In this document: positions 57,064 through 64,000 of the stretch, one piece after another
Layout of the letters: every line of letters starts with the position of its first letter
Position numbering within the stretch: position 1 is the first letter of the stretch
Origin: Candidatus Uhrbacteria bacterium RIFCSPLOWO2_01_FULL_47_17
Lineage (GTDB): Bacteria > Patescibacteriota > Patescibacteriia > UBA9934 > GWF2-40-263
Length of the DNA stretch: 64,000 nucleotides
Assembly (NCBI GenBank): GCA_001791305.1
Contig: MGEI01000005.1
Span: 146,698-210,697, forward strand
Direction of reading: 5' to 3'
The notes under the pieces: generated by a model
Database searches by the model: none
Told to the model about the DNA's origin: nothing
Seen by the model: only the letters and a program-made list of their open reading frames with translations
Position numbers and translations under genes: made by a program

Positions 57064-58308
57064 TTAACAATTCTCTCCGGCCGAAAATCCCGTTGTCCAA
57101 CAAAGTTGAAGGGAGAATCCTCCGGATGGACGGCGAATATGTAAAAGATCGCCTGTCACATACAGGTTATCATATTTCTTTGTTCGCATGGTCTTCGCGT
57201 CTACCTCTGTCACAGGAAGTCCGCCGTCCGATACGATCGCCATGTCGTTTCCCATCAGTCCCTCGACCGTAATCGAGAGCGACTTCATGGTTTGCACAAG
57301 CATCTTGCGATCTTCTTTTTTCAAACTGTGCACTTTCACCATCGGATCGATCGATTTCACTTGCGACAAAATCGCGTCGGACATGCCATCTGGAGCAAAT
57401 GCCTTAAACACATTTTTGAGCGATTTATTTTTGTTCGCATCGAAGAATTCGACAAGCTTCGTGTCGAGCGCGCCGTGATCTGTGTCTGGAAACGCGTCGA
57501 CGAGCGCGGTCACTTCCCCTTCGTGAAGTGCATCCGCAATTTTCGAAGCGGCGTTGAGGATCGTAGGTCCAGACAAACCAAAGTGTGTGAAGAGAATTCG
57601 TCCCTTGAGAACAAACGAGCGCATACCGTCGACAAAGAAGGTGACGCGCGCGGGATCAAGCGAAATTCCCGACAATTTTTTCACCCATTTCTCGCTCACC
57701 GCAATCGGCACAAGAGTGGGAGTTGGATTTTGCACCTCGAAGCCGAGATCTTTCAGCCATTTAAATCCATCGCCCGTTGATCCGGTTTCTGGATGTGAGA
57801 CTCCGCCGGTTGCGAGAATAAACGAATCGGCGACATACTCCGTTTTTCCGACGAACACTTTTTCGATATGGCCGTCTTTACCGACGATCTTCGTGACAGC
57901 TGAACTCGTTTGCACCACAACATGACCGTCCGCGAGATATTTTTCGAGAACCAAAAAGACATCAAACGCTTTTTGTGTTTTTGGAAACGCACGCTTGTGT
58001 GCCTCGACGACGAGCGGCAATCCACGAGACGGAAAAAACTCGAAGGTTTGTTTCACACCAAAAATCGAGAACGGCGAGTAGAGAAATTTCTCCGCCGCGC
58101 CGTAATGCGGAAGGAGAACGTGCGGATCTTCCTCGGCATTGGTGATGTTGCAACGCCCGCCACCCGAGATTTTTAACTTCTCGCCAAGCGCTTTGTTTTT
58201 TTCCAACAACAAAACCTTTTTTCCCCGAGAAGCCGCGCGACCGGCAGCCATCATGCCAGACGCTCCGCCGCCGATGACGATCACGTCGTATGTTTGTTTT
58301 GTTGACAT
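57064..58308 (-). CDS. HI0933/BaiN/YhiN-family FAD-dependent oxidoreductase
   Basis: YDVIVIGGGASGMMAAGRAA, ISGGGRCNITN. Confidence 0.8.
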   Translation of the reverse strand: MSTKQTYDVIVIGGGASGMMAAGRAASRGKKVLLLEKNKALGEKLKISGGGRCNITNAEEDPHVLLPHYGAAEKFLYSPFSIFGVKQTFEFFPSRGLPLVVEAHKRAFPKTQKAFDVFLVLEKYLADGHVVVQTSSAVTKIVGKDGHIEKVFVGKTEYVADSFILATGGVSHPETGSTGDGFKWLKDLGFEVQNPTPTLVPIAVSEKWVKKLSGISLDPARVTFFVDGMRSFVLKGRILFTHFGLSGPTILNAASKIADALHEGEVTALVDAFPDTDHGALDTKLVEFFDANKNKSLKNVFKAFAPDGMSDAILSQVKSIDPMVKVHSLKKEDRKMLVQTMKSLSITVEGLMGNDMAIVSDGGLPVTEVDAKTMRTKKYDNLYVTGDLLHIRRPSGGFSLQLCWTTGFSAGENC

Positions 58309-58373
58309 AATCGAATACTCCTGCTATCATTAAATTATCACCAATGGAAAGTAAGCCCTCTAAGGTTCCGTCC

Positions 58374-58880
58374 TTATGGGGCTCTTTCTTTTTTATAGGC
58401 CAATCGATGCTCAAGTCCATTCATATATCGTAAGAATGGACGAAACAATTTCCATTTCAAAAGCGCAGAAAACTTCTGTTGATTTGGAATCAATATAGAT
58501 TTTAGCTTATCTTTCTCAATCAAATATTTTGCCAAGCAGTAAAAATCACCGTCCCCTGTAACAAGCACGGCTTTCTCATAGTTCTCATATTGGATCATTG
58601 TCTCTAAAACCAATTCAGCATCACAGTTTCCTTTCGTGGTTCCATCTTTGTAAGTGAGTGTTGGTTTAAAAACACAGATAAACCCAGCGTCCTGTAGAGA
58701 CGTATAAAGATCTCTGTTGCTCCCCATGTATCCGATGAATAAAAAGGCTTTTGTCACTCCATATTTTTCTTTCAGATAAACTCGAAATCTTTTGAAATCT
58801 AAAATCCATCCAAGATGGCGAATGCTCAAGTTTACATTCTGACTATCAACAAACGCATAATTATTTTGCTGTTCTTTCAT
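58374..58880 (-). CDS. NYN-domain (LabA-like) protein
   Basis: AFVDSQN ... AVLVTGDGDF. Confidence 0.6.
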   Translation of the reverse strand: MKEQQNNYAFVDSQNVNLSIRHLGWILDFKRFRVYLKEKYGVTKAFLFIGYMGSNRDLYTSLQDAGFICVFKPTLTYKDGTTKGNCDAELVLETMIQYENYEKAVLVTGDGDFYCLAKYLIEKDKLKSILIPNQQKFSALLKWKLFRPFLRYMNGLEHRLAYKKERAP

Positions 58881-58898
58881 ACAACAGTATTCTCAATC

Positions 58899-58934
58899 AA
58901 AAACCTCGAGCGCGCAAGCTCGAGGTTTTTTTAC
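58899..58934. terminator. bidirectional terminator aaaaacctcgagcgcgcaagctcgaggtttttttac; copy 1 of an exact duplicate
   Basis: identical about 36-nt sequence at 60007-60042. Confidence 0.65.
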
Positions 58935-59995
58935 TATTGAGATAAAGGCTCAGGCTCAAGTTCCAATTCTCGAACATCAACCTTATGCGCGTTCCCATCA
59001 TGTGTTTGTACGTCCACCAGCCATGCAGAGGACGCCTCTTTCAACTGAGTTGGAAAATGCCAAAATGCGGCGCCGTATTTTTCTTCTCCTTCTTGTAAAG
59101 AAGTTTTAACAATTTTGATCGGTGTTTTTGTTGGTTCAGCTACACGAAAAGGATCTTTTGTGATGACAACAACCTCATTACCGGGCCGAATGCGTGCATA
59201 TTTTTGTTTTTGCTGAACTAGCTTAAATCGAGCATTTTCACCGCTGGAGAACACAGCAAGACCATTTGCGAAATCTCCATTTAGTCTGTTCAATTCAACG
59301 ATTTCATCTCCCATCACAACAAGCCCATCTTTCGTTCCTAATTCCACGTGATCGATAACACGTTCGGAAACTGTTTGCGTATTCCAATCATACAACCAAA
59401 ATTTCATCCCTGATTTTATCGCGTATGGATTCAACAGGGCCTCGCGTTCAATTTCACGACCTTCTTTAGACAAATCTTCAAGCTTGCGTTCCAAAATCGT
59501 TGGCCACGTCGTGTTCGCCCTACCAGATCCATTTGAATCCATTTCTTGTGCAACCGACATCGCAAATAATTCCACAAGCTTTTTTGCTGCCTCTTGTGCA
59601 TGTTCTGAAAGATGTTTTTCGTCCACACGAAGTTCGAACACCATTTCGCGCATTTGCTTGACCGAAAACTGCCATTTTAAATGTTGCGCTGCGGCAAAAA
59701 ATTTCCCAAGCATTGAAAAATATATCTTTCGTTCTTCGCCTGACCACATCTCAACATCAGGAGTAAATCCGTTTTCCTCAACAAATCTTTGTACCGCATC
59801 GACGGCCCAATACTCCGAACGAATCAGTGTTTTTGCTCGTTCATTTACAACAGGAACTAACGCTTCCGTTTCAGCTACAAGCTTCTGATCTTGTTCTTTT
59901 GAAGTGTCGATTGTTTTTATTTCTCTTGATTGTGCACCACGAACGTCGGCACCTAAAAATTCAGACATAAATATTAAAAAGATGTTTATTGCCAC
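58934..59995 (-). CDS. hypothetical protein (353 aa), flanked by identical terminators
   Basis: ORF only. Confidence 0.45.
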   Translation of the reverse strand: MAINIFLIFMSEFLGADVRGAQSREIKTIDTSKEQDQKLVAETEALVPVVNERAKTLIRSEYWAVDAVQRFVEENGFTPDVEMWSGEERKIYFSMLGKFFAAAQHLKWQFSVKQMREMVFELRVDEKHLSEHAQEAAKKLVELFAMSVAQEMDSNGSGRANTTWPTILERKLEDLSKEGREIEREALLNPYAIKSGMKFWLYDWNTQTVSERVIDHVELGTKDGLVVMGDEIVELNRLNGDFANGLAVFSSGENARFKLVQQKQKYARIRPGNEVVVITKDPFRVAEPTKTPIKIVKTSLQEGEEKYGAAFWHFPTQLKEASSAWLVDVQTHDGNAHKVDVRELELEPEPLSQ

Positions 59996-60006
59996 TATTC
60001 TCTACG

Positions 60007-60042
60007 AAAAACCTCGAGCGCGCAAGCTCGAGGTTTTTTTAC
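60007..60042. terminator. bidirectional terminator, copy 2 (identical to 58899-58934)
   Basis: read directly. Confidence 0.65.
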
Positions 60043-61052
60043 ACATGAAACTCGCCATCTCGATAGACCACTTCGTCATCAATCTGAATCTTTTCAATAT
60101 CCACGAACACATCCACATGATATCGGCCTTTCTTTCGATGAAGTCCCGGCTTTGCGTAAATTGCATGCTTCGCGCCGAGCGATAAGTGCATGCCGTGTTG
60201 TCGTTCGAAGGCAGTAATATCGTAAACGATTTTGTCTTTGCCCATCGCGCGATTGAGTCCAAGTCCAAACTCGCGCACAATCACTTCTTCGTCCTCGCGA
60301 ATGCGATCGAGAATATCTTTAAAATCTTGTGGTGCGTCCGGCGCGGTCAGAATTCCATCTTTCACGATCACCTTAAACGGCTCGACGATTTGGATGTAGT
60401 GATCCTGGTTTGCATAACCGAAAATCATCGCCTCGCCGTTCACCTTCGTTAAATCTTTTGCTTCGGTAAACACTTCCCCGATCGGAAATGTTCCGCCGAC
60501 GTTTTTCATTTCCGTGTAATCACCGATATTTAACTTCGTTGGTTCCATTCCCGTATCGTATGTAAGTGTTGTCCCTGGACAATTCACGACAATCTTCGAG
60601 CATGTGTCGAGTCGCTTTTTCAAACCGTGTCCCTTCTCGTGATAAAACGCTTTTTCATACGCGAGCGCTTCGATGTAAACCGGAAACTGTGGCTCTTGGA
60701 TGCGGGCGAGGTGAACATGTTCGACCGTTTTCAATCCGCGCGCAAAAAGTTCAATGCGAATACGAAATTCGTTGAGACGAAAATTCATCGACTGCACGAG
60801 CACGACAAGATCCCCTTCATTAAGCGAACGCATTTTTTGAATCACCTCTTCTGGCGTCACAGAATCGAAATCCAGAAACTCCCCATTCGGAAGCGCACCG
60901 CGATATCCGTCTGTAATGATGCGCGTAAGCGGCGCAACGGTATCAAAAATCACAAGCGCATGTTCGCTCGGCTGCAGCCGAATCGCGTCGTTCACGATGT
61001 CGGTGAGATGTTTGGTGGCGAGGGTGGTGAGCGAGTTCATAAACAAAAACAT
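60039..61052 (-). CDS. M29-family (AmpS/PepS-like) aminopeptidase
   Basis: VREFGLGLN, HGMHLSLG patterns; start uncertain (ATG at 61040, 61052 or 61073). Confidence 0.55.
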   Translation of the reverse strand: MFLFMNSLTTLATKHLTDIVNDAIRLQPSEHALVIFDTVAPLTRIITDGYRGALPNGEFLDFDSVTPEEVIQKMRSLNEGDLVVLVQSMNFRLNEFRIRIELFARGLKTVEHVHLARIQEPQFPVYIEALAYEKAFYHEKGHGLKKRLDTCSKIVVNCPGTTLTYDTGMEPTKLNIGDYTEMKNVGGTFPIGEVFTEAKDLTKVNGEAMIFGYANQDHYIQIVEPFKVIVKDGILTAPDAPQDFKDILDRIREDEEVIVREFGLGLNRAMGKDKIVYDITAFERQHGMHLSLGAKHAIYAKPGLHRKKGRYHVDVFVDIEKIQIDDEVVYRDGEFHV

Positions 61053-61107
61053 TTGCTCGCAAGAGCATGCCATATTCTTACGTTTTGAGCAATTCATCCT
61101 CCAAGAT

Positions 61108-62637
61108 CTAAAACGATTCCCTCTTATAATAATCCACCGGCGCAAAATTATCCGTCAAAATGGGAAGGTCGTTTTTTACTTCGCTCATCCATCTATGCGC
61201 GAGGTATCCGTTCAGCTCTGTGTTTGTACTCGTAAACTTCGGGGCTGTTTGTGATTTGAGAGCGACGAGCAAGACATTTTGAACTTGCGTGCCTTCAGCG
61301 CGATCCGTGATGGGAAATAAATAAACCTGTGGAAAGATGGATTTATACGTTGCATATTGTGCGCGCAAAAATTTTCCGCGCTTTCCATCAATGGCCGAGA
61401 TGATGTTTGCAAGCACAACCCCATCCGCATTCAACGCATTAAATTGGTGCTGCACTGCCTCTTTTGTGGTGAGCTGAAACGGAATAGAGGAAGCGGCGTT
61501 GAATGCGTCTCCATAAATCACGTCGTACTGTTTTGTGTTGCGATTCAAAAACATGCGTCCATCCTCATGATACGTTGTGAGCCGAGGGTTATCGGTCAAA
61601 CGAAAATATTTCTTTGCAAGTTCTGTCATGAGCGGATCGATTTCAACGACATCCATGGTTGCACTCGGATAATTTCGTAAAAAATCTTTTGGATAAGAAT
61701 ACGCGCATCCTCCAAGCATAAGCGCTGATTGGATGTTGGGTTTAAAGTGCGCATCCAGATGATAGAATTTTGTGTAATCAAAAACCAACTCGTCGTCCGT
61801 AAGATACATGGCGCTCTCTGTCGCAAACGGATCGGTTGTGAGATTCAATTGCTCTTTTCCGTTCTTCGGATTTTTACTCTGAGAAACACGTATGCGACTG
61901 TATTCGGAATCCACATCTATAAAGTGGAATTTTTGAAAAAGGACCGCACGAAAATAGGTGTGAGTGGTGTACGACGAGGCAATCAAACCAATCACGACGG
62001 CGGTAACGATCACACTTTTTTTGGATCGTAGAAAGAGCAAAGGTACGAGAGCGAGCACGCCGGAAAGCAGTAATAAATTTTCCGCAGTTCCTAGACGCGG
62101 AATTAAAAAGAATCCTCCAAAGAACGTGCCGAAAATGCTTCCCGCCGTAGAAATCGCGTAAAGCGTTCCGATCGTAGAGGCTGAATTTTCAAGATGTTCG
62201 AGTTTTAATCGAACCGCATACGGTGAAACGATTCCGAGGAGAAAACTCGCGGGTGCAAACAAAACGATCGCAGACAAAACCGCACTGAGTTCAATCTGTT
62301 GAATGTATGTTTTAAAGAAAAACAACACACCACTCTGAATAAAAAAAACGACGAGAATGCTGGCGGCAGCACAAAAAATAATCTTTGCGTACGTGGCGAA
62401 ACTCGTTTTTTTGTCTGCGAGTTTTCCTCCATACCAATAGCCCAAGCTCAAAAAACCTAAAATCACGCCAATCAAACTCGTCCACACATATGTAGACGTT
62501 CCAAGAAACGGCGCAAACATGCGCGAGCCAACGAGTTCAAAAATCATGAGGACAGCCCCGCACACGAATACACTCACGTTGAGCGCTGAATATTGATACG
62601 ATCCAAATCTTTTTTTCATTATGAGAGGAATATCCAT
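61108..62637 (-). CDS. spermidine-synthase-like aminopropyltransferase fused to an N-terminal polytopic membrane domain
   Basis: 7-8 TM then LMLGGCAYSYPKDF...MDVVEIDP...DVIYGDAF. Confidence 0.7.
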   Translation of the reverse strand: MDIPLIMKKRFGSYQYSALNVSVFVCGAVLMIFELVGSRMFAPFLGTSTYVWTSLIGVILGFLSLGYWYGGKLADKKTSFATYAKIIFCAAASILVVFFIQSGVLFFFKTYIQQIELSAVLSAIVLFAPASFLLGIVSPYAVRLKLEHLENSASTIGTLYAISTAGSIFGTFFGGFFLIPRLGTAENLLLLSGVLALVPLLFLRSKKSVIVTAVVIGLIASSYTTHTYFRAVLFQKFHFIDVDSEYSRIRVSQSKNPKNGKEQLNLTTDPFATESAMYLTDDELVFDYTKFYHLDAHFKPNIQSALMLGGCAYSYPKDFLRNYPSATMDVVEIDPLMTELAKKYFRLTDNPRLTTYHEDGRMFLNRNTKQYDVIYGDAFNAASSIPFQLTTKEAVQHQFNALNADGVVLANIISAIDGKRGKFLRAQYATYKSIFPQVYLFPITDRAEGTQVQNVLLVALKSQTAPKFTSTNTELNGYLAHRWMSEVKNDLPILTDNFAPVDYYKRESF

Positions 62638-62704
62638 ACGCGCTTCATCGTAGCACCTAAATTCTTTTTAAAAAAATACCCTCGAACATTCGAGGGTATT
62701 TTCA

Positions 62705-63148
62705 TTAGGAACCTGCAATTTCACTTCCCATAAATGATCCGTCAGATCTGTTTGTTTTATCGTTGCATTCCTTTATATCAGCCTTAAATGTTTTCCATGC
62801 GTCTCCTTTTGCTTTTTTCCATTCTTTGGCCGTGTTCTTTGTGGATGTACGAAATGCATTCCAGATTTTTTTCACCTCTTTTTGCAAGTTTTTTGCAGAC
62901 ATGTCCGTGTCATCATACAAATCAACCAAGGCTGTTTGTCGTTTTCCATAGGCATCAAGAATCGATTGTGTTTGCGTGTTGATAGCCTCGCCAAGAACTG
63001 CCTCGCGCGCTCTGACAGCGTTCTCCACACAAAGCGCAACATCCGTTTGGTCTTGGTCGGTTTCGGAAGGAGAAACAGCCGCAAAAGCAGGAACGGCAAC
63101 AATGGATATCATGAATACACCAAGAAAAAAAGATGTGATTTTGAACAT
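62705..63148 (-). CDS. secreted hypothetical protein
   Basis: signal peptide MFKITSFFLGVFMISIVAVPAFAA from ATG 63148. Confidence 0.45.
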   Translation of the reverse strand: MFKITSFFLGVFMISIVAVPAFAAVSPSETDQDQTDVALCVENAVRAREAVLGEAINTQTQSILDAYGKRQTALVDLYDDTDMSAKNLQKEVKKIWNAFRTSTKNTAKEWKKAKGDAWKTFKADIKECNDKTNRSDGSFMGSEIAGS

Positions 63149-63164
63149 AAACGCGTTTAAAAAA

Positions 63165-63461
63165 TTATTTCTGAACCTTGTTCCAAATGGTCGCAAATGC
63201 GTAGCCCACAACATATCCAACGAGCGTTGTGAGTACAATGAGGGTAATCGCGGAAGGAAGAGCGAACGGTAAGACGGTGTGTGTCGCTTCGACCATGTGA
63301 ATTTTCATGATCCAATCAACAAGCGATTGGCCAAGTCCAAGCGCGACGACGACGGACCAAACAAGATGAATAAGGCCCAAAAGACCACCGAGCGCGAGCC
63401 CGGTTTTTTGCGTATTGAGTGCGGACATAAATAATGTGAGGTACCTTGTTGAGATACCCAT
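63165..63461 (-). CDS. small three-TM membrane protein
   Basis: hydrophobic 98-aa ORF. Confidence 0.4.
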   Translation of the reverse strand: MGISTRYLTLFMSALNTQKTGLALGGLLGLIHLVWSVVVALGLGQSLVDWIMKIHMVEATHTVLPFALPSAITLIVLTTLVGYVVGYAFATIWNKVQK

Positions 63462-63537
63462 AAGAATTAATTGTTTTTAGTTTAGCACGAGTTGCAAGGC
63501 AAGAAAACAAAAACATTCCATTTGATTGGAATGTTTT

Positions 63538-63627
63538 TGGCGGAGAGGGAGGGATTTGAACCCTCGATACCCTTACAGGTATACATGATTTCGAGTCATG
63601 CGCATTCGACCACTCTGCCACCTCTCC
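63538..63627 (-). tRNA. tRNA-Ser (anticodon CGA)
   Basis: rc GGAGAGGTGGCAGAGTGGTCGAATGCGCATGACTCGAAATCATGTATACCTGTAAGGGTATCGAGGGTTCAAATCCCTCCCTCTCCGCCA; long variable arm; terminator hairpin at 63509-63536. Confidence 0.85.
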
Positions 63628-63720
63628 ATGCGAGGGGGAGATTAACAAAAACAACCGAACGTGTCGAGATCTCTTCTCTCCTTCTTTCCTTCCCTCCTTC
63701 TTGTTATAATGCTTGCACCT

Positions 63721-64000
63721 ATGAAAATCCGAAAAGCGATTATTCCGGTTGCCGGAATGGGGACTCGTTTCCTCCCCGCTGCAAAGGCGCAGCCAAAAGA
63801 AATGCTTGCGGTGGTTGATAAGCCAGTCATTCAATATATTGTGGAAGAAGCGGTTGCAAGTGGAATTGAGGAGATCATCTTTGTCACCGCGATCGGTAAG
63901 CGCGCGATCGAGGATCACTTTGACCGCAACTTTGAACTTGAATATCGGTTGGAACAGAAAAAGAAAATGGAGGCTCTGAAAGAAATTCAAAAAATTGGGA
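63721..64000 (+). CDS. galU: UTP--glucose-1-phosphate uridylyltransferase, N-terminal part (continues beyond the window)
   Basis: [23 protein letters not shown]; TATAAT at 63705-63710. Confidence 0.85.
   Translation, partial: MKIRKAIIPVAGMGTRFLPAAKAQPKEMLAVVDKPVIQYIVEEAVASGIEEIIFVTAIGKRAIEDHFDRNFELEYRLEQKKKMEALKEIQKIG

Overview
This 64 kb window looks like a small-genome, CPR/Patescibacteria-like bacterium at roughly 50% GC. Compact gene arrangement, a split transketolase, LTD-domain and collagen-like surface proteins, and an unlinked 23S-5S rRNA operon with an intron-encoded LAGLIDADG endonuclease all point that way.

The backbone, in order:
- A pentose-phosphate/sugar cluster: rpiB (3' end), rpe, split transketolase, two PfkB kinases, class II aldolase, 2-hydroxyacid dehydrogenase.
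- tRNA-Ala, an EndoQ-like PHP protein and an ABC exporter.
- A 23S(+intron)-5S operon on the minus strand.
- A collagen-like lipoprotein.
- An AT-rich accessory island carrying an HTH-GHKL ATPase + STAS-like (DUF4325-type) gene pair and secreted proteins. It is bounded by a duplicated 3' fragment of a HAD-hydrolase gene.
- Two tandem uncharacterised paralogs.
- tRNA-Leu(TAG), a roughly 875-aa triple-LTD surface protein, tRNA-Gly, RlmB-like methyltransferase, CCA-adding enzyme, CPBP protease, AlkD-like repair protein.
- tRNA-Leu(TAA), ruvB, cell-wall genes (DacA, SpoIID-like, Wzx flippase, O-antigen-ligase-like), NRAMP transporter.
- A flavin-transfer cluster (FMN-binding protein, ApbE, membrane FAD/NAD oxidoreductase), a P-type ATPase, NYN-domain protein, M29 aminopeptidase, spermidine-synthase-like membrane protein, tRNA-Ser and the galU start.

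Several non-coding signals recur:
- A GGGTC-nn-GACCC...CCCTACA palindromic element family. Three copies are inserted in-frame in the O-antigen-ligase gene.
- 9-bp GTTGGCAAR/GTTTGCAAG repeat arrays flanking the -10 boxes of two unrelated promoters.
- A conserved long inverted-repeat leader abutting both tRNA-Leu genes.
- An identical terminator duplicated on either side of one gene.

No CRISPR array and no integrase or transposase gene were seen. Coordinates read by hand from the sequence may be off by 1-2 nt.
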